DNA of 64,000 nt from Orbicella franksi (Eukaryota), in assembly GCA_964199315.1 (NCBI GenBank), contig OZ116698.1, positions 43,772,001 to 43,836,000 of the forward strand, given 5' to 3'. This document shows, piece by piece, positions 1 to 11,031 of this stretch. Under the pieces are notes generated by a model. That model was given only the letters and a program-made list of their open reading frames with translations, did not search any database and was not told where the DNA came from. Made by a program: the position numbers and the translations under genes. Each line of letters starts with the position of its first letter. Position 1 is the stretch's first letter.

Positions 1-2790
1 GTGGAAATAGATGAAACTTACTGCAATATTGAGGTACGTGCACTTAATAACAACATCTTATTTTCTTTCATTGCGTTACTATTTCGTGTCACTTTGTTTA
101 TTTCTTTTCTTTTCTCATGGTCGCTTCGAATCAAAATGATTGGTAAAGTTACAAAATCTCTATAAGTAGAGAATATGAGCTTTAGGAAACCAGATATCAG
201 AAACAACTCAGAGGAATCTTAATTAATTGAAGTAAAAGTGTTTTAACGGACCCAAATGCAAAACAGTCAAACTTTCCTCGTTCCAATCTATTCAAACTTC
301 ACAAAAAGTTTCTCGCTTCAGTGCGCACTTTATATTTTTAGTGTCACAAAGGTTTTTTTTTTCCTGATCATAAATCGTATATAAATCTATCTTTTTATCT
401 TTTAAAGGCCCCTTTTTTTACTTCATATTCATCATTTTAAAAGGCATTTTCACCAACATAAAATTTTAACTTTTTTCGAGTGAAAAAAAAATCACTGAAG
501 ACATATTTCATGGGTAAAAATAGAGAGACATTCGGAAATTCGAGTTCCTATAGGACAATGAAACACGTCAGAAAGTCAACAAACGTGACGCAAATACATT
601 ATTTTTCCTGCTTGCTGGAAAAATACACTACAGTTCGAAAAATTAGACAAATTAGGTAAACCCTGAAATGATGAGAGCTCGTAGTTTCAAGCACGTAGTT
701 TCACATCCTTGCGTCTCGTTTATATCTGTTTATCAGTGTACATATGTCTCATGTATAAGGGTTGGGAAGCGTTTGGAGCTTAGTTTTGCCTAATTAAATC
801 AAACAATTCCAGAACGAGCCGCTAGAGGGGACTTTAAATCTGAAAACGTCTTTATTTATTTGTTATTTTTGTAAACTATCCGAGAATGCACTCGATGTCT
901 CATCGTCAAATACCAGATTACCGCATTGAAGGCGTTTTTGTAAACGCCCTAAAAGGTGGTGAACGATGAAACTGGCTAACTTCAATTCACAAAGTCCATG
1001 CAGCTAAAATACGCATGATGAGGCCATGAGTCGTGTAATTAAAACGGTAAAACCCTCATCACTGTAACATGTTTCATTTACGCTCAGTTTACAAAAATAA
1101 AAATGCCAGTTTATTGCTCTTAAAGAGCTTTGAGATAGAAGGGTATCATTTTTGACATTTCAGGGCATAGCTCTTTAGCTAGGCGTAACTCGCAAATTCC
1201 TGTGTATCAAAGAAACATTCTATGATTTGGTATTCGGTTTCATTGTAAGTAAGTTTGTAATTAATTATCTACATTTTTACACTTTTTGTGGTTTTTGTTT
1301 CATCATTCTGCACTGTTTGACATGGTCATGGTTACTGCACGTTCCCAAGTGACTAAAACAAAAACAAAAAAAGGAAAACAAAGAGATTTTCGATTGTTTT
1401 GACGAGGTAAGGTTACTCAAAAAGTTCAAGTGAAAGCCATTTGCTGATAGACAGAATTCCAACACGTTTTTTAATGCACAGAAGAGCAAAGAAGTCAAAA
1501 TAGCAGTATTCCAGCCACAATGATTACTAATGATCTCTATTTAAAGACAAAAGGGCTAGGTGTAATTACATGTGATGGGGCTCTTTTTCGTATTACGTCA
1601 CTGTAGAGTTCCAAGGTTTGCATCGTGGCTTCTAGACAACTGAAAATATTGAGAGTCTGAAATGGGTTTTGCCGTTTAATGTACTTGTCCTTTGTAACTG
1701 ACACTTCAAAACTCAAAGACTTCCACGTGTCACTCGTTTTTAAAGCAACACTTTTACCAACTTAAACCATAGAGTGAATCAATATTTCTTTTTGCAGACC
1801 GTTTGGAGTCCACAACTCTCTTGACGTCAGAATTCTATAGTAACCTAATACGAAAAAGAACCCCATTATATGTAAACCAAGCCTTTTTCTCTTTTAATAG
1901 AGACAATAAATACTCATTGTGGATTGTCTGATACTGTTGCCAATTAATTCGTGTGTCTTCAGAAGCATCTCTTCCTCGCGTGTGCCAAGCTCCGCCGGCT
2001 AAGAGGGACTGGCGGTTCTTGGGACGTGAATTATCCCGAAAGAGAATTATTTGACAATTCAGCCCAAAAACTTGCACACTAATAGCGTCCCTCTCCTGAG
2101 AGTCTTCAGTATAATCGATGTAATAATATCTCTGATTGGTAGATACTTGAACGCAAGAATTCGTTACCAGGCATCAGCCAATCAGACATAAGCAAACGCG
2201 ACGGAAATGGCTTCTGCTTGATACACACTGTAAATTCTCAGAACAGATTGCCATAGAAACATAACACAGCTGTTTGGAGAATTGATTCCTTGAGCTAACT
2301 TCTTACTGGAGTCTTCCTTTCGTGCCATGCGTGTACAATCTGCTGCTAGTTTAGTAAACACTCCTTCTTTATACATATATATAAGAACATTGTTTTTCCA
2401 GACCAGGGTGAATTTTCATGTTTTTCTGCCGATTCTAGGCTGAAAATACTCTCACTTTAGTTATAGCCTATGAGATTTCCGTTTTAGAATCTATCTTGGT
2501 ATCATTTACAAGTGTTTGGTGTCTAGATGGTGTTAAATTTTGCAGCCAGACTGCAGGCAAAAAAGCCTGTTATGACACATCGCAAGAGACCACCAGGGCT
2601 GTTTTTGGGCTAGTTTTGCCGTTTAGAGAAAGGAGGAATTTTATATTGCTTGTTAAAAACATATAATTGTGTTGTATCTCAGCCTCATTCTTAAAATTTC
2701 GCAAATTTCAGCGTCGATATTCTTATGGCACAAGAGTGTAACAGGGCTATAAAGTAACTAATAATATTTTCAACACGACTTGTTTTGCAG

Positions 2791-4160
2791 GAGGCAATTC
2801 CAGTTTCACCCTCAGAACTTGGTGAACTGTCGATATCATTGTGTCACAACCCAACGGATCAAAAACTTACAGTCAAACTAAACTGCGCTAGAGCTTTACA
2901 ACCAATTACGAAGGATGGGAGACTAAGTAAGTATTTCTTATGCAACGTATACTTTGAATGAGATCGGCTCTTACTTGGTGTAAAAGACACAGCGGACGTA
3001 AACCAATAGAGAGCAAAAGTACAAAAGAACAAGGAAACAATGAAAACAATAGGTTGGTGAGGCGGTGCTTTTTTGTGACGTGTTCTGTGTCTTCTACACC
3101 AAGAAGGAGTCCACAGATCTGAGAAAGGAAATGCATAAGAGTAAGACAATTAGGCCGGAGTAGTTATGTTTTGACTTTTCTGGGAAAACAATAACGTCAT
3201 TTTCTTTCTAACTAAAATAAGACATTTTGAACAGAACATGATCTACGAGAAGCGAATAAACCCATTTCAGGGTTATTTTTGTTCTTCCACGGTCTCGAGA
3301 CTAAAATATCTTTTGAATAGTCCCAATTTGTCTTGTACGTGTTGTCCCTCAGTATTTTGTTCTGTTGTCAGGACAAGTCCACTACTCCCGAGTAGAGAGA
3401 CGTTAGAGTAAAATGTCAACAATTTGCCCCAGCCAGCGTTCGGAGAAAGACATCTCATTGCTGAGTCAACTGAAGCATTAAAATCAGTAGCCTACTTCTC
3501 ACAAATTATAGATTAAAGAAAGTTCGTAATTCCATATTATGTTGCGAAATACCACCAAAGATACAAATGAATTGGATAACATGCATGATTCTACCAAGCA
3601 AAATAGAACAAGTATTTGGAGGAAAGGAGAGGATTACAAGGCTGGAAATGAAGTATAATTCAGGGGATCAAGTTTGATTTTGCGAAAGGATGTCGAGAAA
3701 TGAAAACAGCCATTATGGTGAAAGTTTTACTCTTGTGGTCACTATTTTCTTTTGGAGGGTGGGAGGGTGGGTGGGGGCCAAGGGCTTATAAGCGGGAGGG
3801 CTTATAAGCGGCAGTTCATTAATCGATTTACCCGCTTTTTCAGATCCTTTTGTTAAACTCGAGGTTACCTTCTGTGGAAGAAAGCTGAGCAGTCGAACAA
3901 CAAAGACCGCGCATAACACTTTGACACCAAACTTCAGCGAAGTGTTTGTGTTCGACATGCACTCGGACAAACTGCCGCAGGTCACGCTCATGTTCAAAGT
4001 TAAGCATCGAGGAAGAATGCGTGACGTATCGATAGGCACGGTGCATCTTGGGTATTGCGTGAATGTCGAGAGCGAGTACAAGCACTGGGAACAAGTAATG
4101 GAAAAGCCACACCTTGAAATAGAACAGTGGCATCCAATTCAGGATTATTTTGTCGAATGA
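2791..4160 (+). CDS. Synaptotagmin-like protein, last two exons (C2B domain), 5' exons not identified
   Basis: Exons are 2791-2926 (ttttgcag|GAG...CTA A|gtaagt) and 3844-4160 (ttttcag|AT CCT...GAA TGA). They join in phase 1 to give EAIPVSPSELGELSISLCHNPTDQKLTVKLNCARALQPITKDGRLNPFVKLEVTFCGRKLSSRTTKTAHNTLTPNFSEVFVFD...VSIGTVHLG...HWEQVMEKPHLEIEQWHPI. This matches the synaptotagmin C2B pattern (GEL.ISL.Y, L.V...AR.L, DPYVK, P.FNE.F.F, HW..M...P......WH.L). Confidence 0.85.
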
Positions 4161-5171
4161 ATTGTTTTCTTTACGTTTCGTGCTTTAAAGTTGTAAATAG
4201 TGATGTTAGCGCAAAACCCGGCAAATTTGCAATCTGATTGGCTTCGCAGGCACCTAGCACTGACAGACAGTCGGTATTCGGAGCCGGAGCGCGGGGTTTT
4301 TTTATGTATCATTGCCAAAAAGAATGGTGTTCTATGTTAAATATATCAGCGAACTTGCTTCTTTCAAAACAATTAGAACAAGTAGTCACAGGTTGCACAA
4401 TGAGAGATTTGTAGAGGCCAGTGAGCTGCATTGTGTATCATACTTTCCCGGGCCGGGGTTTAAAAGGTAAAGTTTTGTGTGGAAATACCATTTACCCTAG
4501 TTAGTTATTTAAAGGTAAGAATTTGGCGGCTTATGCCTTCGCTGAGCAGTTTATACAAAACAATGGTTAGCGTTATTTATGAGCTACTGAAGATAAAATA
4601 TGAAGAAAGATGTAGTGTTTTCTCGTTTTGTCAAGAACAAATAGTCGACTTCGGCAATACATATTTAATAGTTAGTAATTTCAGAGAAGATTTACAGTGC
4701 TATTTAGAAATTAAAGAGCTGTATATAAGCCCTGGTTGTTTTGTATCAAACGAAGAAATGACGGTTTTCTGTCACGTTACTTATACAGTTAAAAATCCAT
4801 CGGTCTTTTTTATTATCTGTTTTAAGCGGTCTATTGAGATGAGTGGCTTCTTATCTCCTTCTGACCAACTTAAGACGCTTCACGAATGTTTACTTGCATC
4901 AGCTCACATCTGCATATTTAAAAAAAGACCTGCAAAAAGGTACTCGGGGAAAAAAAAACAACTTACAACCTTGTCAACGTTTTAGTGATCCAGGGCAATG
5001 TTAATAATCATTACTGCATTACACCTATTGTCTGATTATAAGACCACCTTTAACTACCTATTTAAAAAATGCGTAGCTTCTCTGTAGCTCTTCGAAGGCA
5101 CTATTAGAAATTCTTCATTTATACCAGCGTTTTGGCTTGGCTTTCTTCCGCGCTTTGTTATGATAAAGAAA

Positions 5172-8100
5172 TCATTCGTCATGCCAGTCAAAGACTGAGG
5201 TGATCGTTTCCTTCCCTCCCATGACTTCGCTGTCTGGCCCCTGATAGAACATTTCCTCTCCAAAGACCCTTGTACCAATGGGACGCAGGACCCGTTTTAG
5301 GTAACTATGTGCGTATTTTCCCCTGGCTCCTAGTATCTGAGGGGCCCAGTTATAAAAGCTCTTTAGAGGGGCCATAAGAGAGTCAGCCAAATCATGGTCC
5401 GCAATGTCAGCATAACACGACACCAAGACTCCATCCACTATCATGGTCCCTTCCTGGGTAACTGGCGCAAAGGCCCCCTGCCTTTCAACTGTCGAGACCG
5501 CTACCACCATCTCAGGAATGGGCCTCCGGCACTGTGGAGCCTGGACGACAATGCGGTCCCCGGGTTTGATTTGGGACGCATGCACTGAGCGGGAGGTATG
5601 TTCTCCACGGGGACCTCGCAAAAATTCAATTTTGAAAATGAGATGAGCTTCGCTGATGGTGAGTTGGGTTTTGCTTTCAGTCGTGATGGTAATAAATTGG
5701 CCTGGAGATTATTAGAGGAAGAAAAGAATTAGACAAAGTAAAATCATAAGAAGGGAAATAAGTGTACTCAGGTTAAAGCGAGAGAGGCGCGGAGGATTTC
5801 TTTTGAACATCAAAATAGCGATCGCGGAATTTAGGGCTGACATCTTTTCCACTGTCAGCATAGGAAGACTAGCTCCTCCCTAGTTCCCTTCTCCTTCCTC
5901 CTACAAAAGATACCGGCTATCTTGTGGGTTAAAATTAACGAATTATATACAGCACTGGTGTCTGACATCGAGAGAGAACAATGTTGATACTTAACAAGGC
6001 CTCTCAGCTGGCGCCTTCTTGGGCCTGGAAAAATCAAGCTAGCTTTTTGGAGGGGGGGGGGGTGGGTGGGGGGCGTTTACATTTCTCAGACAGGTATTTT
6101 GGGGTGCAATTACGGACTAAATGAACGAAGTCTATTCAAGTCAGTAACATCTTACCTTTGTAGTCAGGTTCTTGCTCCAGGAACGTAATGACAGGACTGA
6201 ACACAATCTGACCTTTCTTAGTGACTGTCTTTACCGTGTCACCGATGGCCAGGTCGCTGATGGGAATCTTCTTTCCAGATCTGAGTTCAACTTGTGACTT
6301 GGACGGGAAGCAGGTCGATCCACCAGACTGCTGTACATTTACATTGGTTACACATCCAGCTGAAGTGTTAGAAAAAACACAGATGTTTGTATAAGTAGTT
6401 ATAACTTTGATCATCAGGGGTCTTGAAAGAAATTTTATTGTTAAAGGTCCAAGTTTTTGGTGTACCTTCGGAAAATCAGTTGGTAGGTGGTGTTACGAGA
6501 AATTTCCAATCTCTATACTCTGTGTTGTGTATAATATTTCCCTCTTATTCTCTCTTTTAACTAAACTAGATAATACGGTTATAATACTGAAGGGCCACTT
6601 GGCTTGTATGAAGACTTTACCTCTTTTTTATGATACTGTTAAAGTAATAGTAGCTCGCCCAGAATAGCGTGGCTAGCTGCGAGCTACTAAGGCTTGTAAA
6701 GGAAGTTTTGTAATAATAAAGTACTGTTACTGTTAAATGGTGGTGCGAGGTGGTGTTACCAAGAATTCGGTATTCTTTTTGCTAAAATTTGCATGCGTTC
6801 TACAAATTCAGCCAGTGAACGAACTGTGCTGGAATTTTACTTTTTCATTCAATCTTGACGGACCCTTTAATAAGACTGATCTTTATATGAACCTTCAAGG
6901 ATCATATAAGAGAAACGTAGGACGTCATAATAACGAAATAAAATGACTGATAGCACCAAATCTGCGCAGGAAGATTAGAGATGTTTAGAGAGCTCTCTGC
7001 TCTGTTTTGCGTCACCCTGTTACTCGCTCTCGATTCTCCTTTCTTTCCAATTTTTTCTCTCCAATAATTCTTACAATAACTCATTATTCATTCAGCAATT
7101 CATACCTGTAGGAGCGGCCCACAAATGAGCGGACTGGAAATACTTAGGACCTTTCCCCTGATGAACCCCGTTCCCATTCCACAGCAGAACACCGCAATCT
7201 TCACTTGCCTCGCTACCACTGACTTTGAAGGACATTATTCCAACTTTGCCACTGAAATCTTTCGTCTTGTTAGACTGGTCGGGTTCTCCATACATTTTCT
7301 TCAGATAGTTTAAAAGTTCATCTCGTTCATGAAAGTAAAAGTAGTTTTTCAAGCCTTGCTGGCTCCCAGGCTCCTCGGTTGTGACATTTAACACGGCACT
7401 CATGCGCAGTATGCATGTGGCATTGTCCGGTAACTTACGCTTGTTAAGGTCTTTAAAAAGGTACTGCTTCACGTCCTGGTCGCTATAAAGTCCGCCATAA
7501 TCGATGTTACCAAGATACATCTCTTTAAGAACTGAGAACTGTGGCAACATTTCTGTGGAAAGGGTTTGCACAAAGGTTAAAAGAGTGCTAGTTGTTGTCA
7601 AACGGGTGAACTGGTTAGGAACCACTTTTTTGGGGGACATATCGCCCAGTAAGAACTGTTCACAGACTTATTAATGAGTTAAACCACGGAATCATGGAAA
7701 TAAACAAATCAGCAAAACTTGCTTAATTCAGAAAATTCTGGAAACCCAATGCTGTGACGCAATTCATCGTCAATAAGAAAACACTTGGTTATTCGGACAT
7801 TTTCCGTTTCCATAGATAGTCTGAAAATATATGATGACCGCCTTCGGAAAATGTAGCTCCCACTTCCAACTTTTAACTTCTCCTCCCGTTCTCAAGTCCC
7901 TAATCCCTATGACTTGGAATCCGGCCCAACTTTGTGCCAACAAAAATGAAAAACTGATAAAAAAAAAGCAATATCTGGAAACACAGGTTCGAATTTTGAT
8001 GCTGATGCTAAATATCTCTCAAACCGGGTTCGATTTTGTTCAAGATGGATTTGCACTGTCGCATGATTTTATGCCTGTAAAAAAAGGAGAGCGTAAAGAA

Positions 8101-9007
8101 ACCTTCAATCAGGGAAAAACGCATAAAATAACACGACAGAGAAAATCCATTCCATGCTCGACTGGCGCTTCAAATCGATCGGGTGCCGCTGGCGTAGCCT
8201 GTATGGAGACGTCCAGTCTTTTTACGATTTTAAGAAGGAAATCCGTACATCTGCTTACATCTAGAGGCAGACGCCGACGCCATTGTGGAGCGTCTCAATT
8301 TGTTAAAGCTGTTGTTGCCTGTGGCCATAAAATAGCAAACCACACTGAGAAGAGATCTTTTGGTGGCGTGATATAACAGGCGAGAAAACGGAATGCTTTG
8401 GCAAGATAGAAGCATGTTTAACATTCATTGTAATTTTCTTCGGGCAGGAATGGCAGCATAGATGCACGTTGGAAAAACAATGGACTCGCCGCTGCAACTT
8501 CTCCTGAAATTTTTGAAGCTTGTAAGTCCAACGTGAAATTGAAAAGAAAAATGTTACAAAAAGTTCCATTTCAGTCAAAAAATTACTGAATTAAAACAAA
8601 AACCATCACAAATTTAGTTCAGATCGTCTTTTTTTTCAAAAAAGTTCAGGTATTGCAGCTCAGGATGAAAAACACGTTCTTGACATACAATTTAGCAGCC
8701 GGACCAATCGTCTCAAGGATTTTTATTCGCTATCTCACGGCATCCTTGGTCTTTTCTGTGCATGAACTGTCTCGAAATCTCATAAACACATTGCCAGATT
8801 ACAAGGAAGGCCTTGCAGTGTCGCGTGATATTTTTATTGAACCCCGGTGCGGATCAACAAGACACTAAGCTCTATGCGGCTTCCAACGCGTAAATGAAAC
8901 TAGGCATATCAAACCGTAAAATACAACACAGATATAATGAAGTAATACTTACTTGAAAAAGCCACAGGAATAACTAATACCAGCAGTATCATTATCACCT
9001 GCTTCAT
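5172..9007 (-). CDS. Secreted Tae4-like (NlpC/P60 amidase-like) domain fused to a Hedgehog-type Hint/Hog autoprocessing domain, 411 aa
   Basis: Exons are 9007-8953 (MKQVIMILLVLVIPVAFS, signal peptide), 7552-7106, 6359-6156 and 5701-5172. All three introns are GT-AG and phase 1, and the lengths 55+447+204+530=1236 nt form one open frame. Exon 2 contains LPQFSVLKEMY, NATCILRMSAVLN, YLKKMYGEPD, DFSGKVGIMSF and CGVLLWNG (Tae4-like). Exons 3-4 contain CFPSKSQVEL, ISDLAIGDTV, FSPVITFL, LTISEAHLIF, GAFAPVTQEGTMIVDGVLVSCYA and DHDLADSLMAPL (Hint plus sterol-recognition-like region). Confidence 0.9.
6648..6689. repeat. Mini inverted-repeat element (11-bp perfect arms), possible internally deleted MITE
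   Basis: tagtagctcgc (6648-6658) and gcgagctacta (6679-6689) are exact reverse complements with a 20-nt spacer. The element lies in intron 2 of the Tae4-Hint gene. Confidence 0.45.
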
Positions 9008-11031
9008 GGTGGGCTTTGAACTGCAAAGTCTTTTCTTCTAGGTCAGGGAAGAAACACGTTTGAGCAGGGAAGTTACCTTAGTGGTGCTTAATTGAGCATC
9101 GAAGGCTTGCAGTACTGTCCAAGGGTGAACGCGCATCAATTATTTAAGATTGTCAATTTGTTTCGTATGGTTCCCCTTCGCGACACAGGTGGCCCTATTC
9201 AGCATTGACACTCCGACTCGAAAGTTTTGCATTTAGATGGAAGTGGTTTTGGCAGGGATACAAAACGTTTCACCAAGTCATCGCCACTAAAAATGCAGTC
9301 AAAAATCGTTGAAATAAAATTAAGCTTTTCTCGATATTTTAAGGCGGACCAAACCACTGACCCAATCAGTTGCCACAAGGATGCTTGTTAATTCAAACCC
9401 AATTTTCCTCGATCTCCATGTCGGAACAAGACTGCTACACGCACTTTACATTAGCAAGCAGAGTAACCCAGAGAGGATAACCCGAGGGCTGTGAAAAAGA
9501 CACGGTCATGGAGGATTGCTTTGTATTATTTAAATTGAAACATGTACACTAAACTAAGCCAGTATTCCCTATCAGCGTCTTGGACGAGAGCCAGGGGTTT
9601 ATCGAAAAACTCGTTGAAATTTTGGAACACTTCACTGCGGTTCCTAAAAAATTAACCGCTAGGAACGACCCAAAGAGGCCTGTTTTGGCAATCCTTCACT
9701 TGCGATTTTTTGCATAACTAAATATACCGTTTATTTCGAGAAGATGGAACATGCCCCAATTTGCCATGCAGGTGTTTTATGAGCGACCTCGGAAATCATG
9801 TTGTGGTTATTTAACTAATATAAAAGCAATACTGTGCTTTGGACCGAAGAATATCGAGCGTTTTGTCACTTGCGACCCTCGCAAGCCATATACAAAATAC
9901 TGTAGAAGTGATTCGGTCATTTTGACTGTAAAATGGTCAACACTTGCAGAACACCAGGCGTTGGCGTCTAAGACACACCTTATCTTACTAAGCAACAGTG
10001 TTTCAAAAATACGTTTCCCGGCTGTATTACCAAAGCGACCAACCACTTAGAAACAAAAACAATTCGCTTGGTTTTAATATATTTTTATTAAGTGGTCTCT
10101 TCTTGAGGCAATTACAGAAAGGACCAAACGGTCTACAGCTTTAACTGCTCACAAAGTAAACATAAGATCTTTTTGGAAAAGAAAAATATTTCTTTATAGC
10201 GTCGTTGTTAGCAGGTGAAAGCAACCGGTTATTTTCACTTGTTTGAAGTGAATCAGTACGCAAAAAGAACTGGGTCCTTTCGCAAGCCACGTCGTTAGTA
10301 AGTCTATGAAACCTTACTCAAACCAATCGTACCTGAAATAATATTGTCATAATGTTTCATACAAAAAATGATAGCATGAAAAATTCTCCAAACCGACTCA
10401 TTCTTTTAAATGTTATAGGTGTAGTTCGGAGAATTCAGTGGCACATCATGATGTCTCCAAATACTTGACAATATTTTTTACTCTAGTTACTGATCTACTG
10501 TATTGTGTTGTAACTGCAAGGAGAAATAAGACGTTGATCACTGTGGTTCACCACACAACGCGCAGTAAGGTGAAGCGTGCCGTGAAAATGCTACGAACGA
10601 AACTTAAGGTTTATTAAATGGCGAGACCTCTACGTGCAAAAGCTACATGAATATGAAAAGCAATACAGTTGACAAAATGGTTACAATATAGAATAAAAAG
10701 ATCATGTTCGTACAATACAAAATCTGCACCTAAAAAATAAATTGTGACTTCACAAATATAACTTATTCAAGAATCAAGCCTTAGCTTGCTACATTACAAT
10801 ATTTACAAAGTCGCTGGACTCGGTAAATCTCTGTCACAGACAGGGCCTCGAGTTTATGGTTCATTCATGATTGCTCATCCATTTTTCACGGATTTTCTCC
10901 AGACTACAGTTTCATTTCCATGTACAATGGAGCATTACTTCCACAAAGTTATGGACATGATCAGCGATCAGCCGAGTTGATCGATCTCAGTCTGACAGCG
11001 ACACCAGTGCTTGAACTGTCTTGGGATTGTT

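Noticed and set aside
1798-2120. Candidate upstream C2A exon(s) of the synaptotagmin-like gene after a good acceptor at 1797
   Set aside because: Every frame hits a stop before a phase-compatible donor, so no consistent model could be built.
4479-4985. 168-aa plus-strand ORF between the convergent genes
   Set aside because: It has a non-ATG start, AT-rich UTR-like composition and no domain features.
7831-8870. 181-aa plus-strand ORF and other protein-looking frames inside intron 1 of the Tae4-Hint gene, including a possible extra (Hedge-like) exon
   Set aside because: All minus-strand frames contain stops, exon 1 already joins exon 2 in phase, and no Hedge or transposase motif is recognisable. 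It may be an unidentifiable decayed element.
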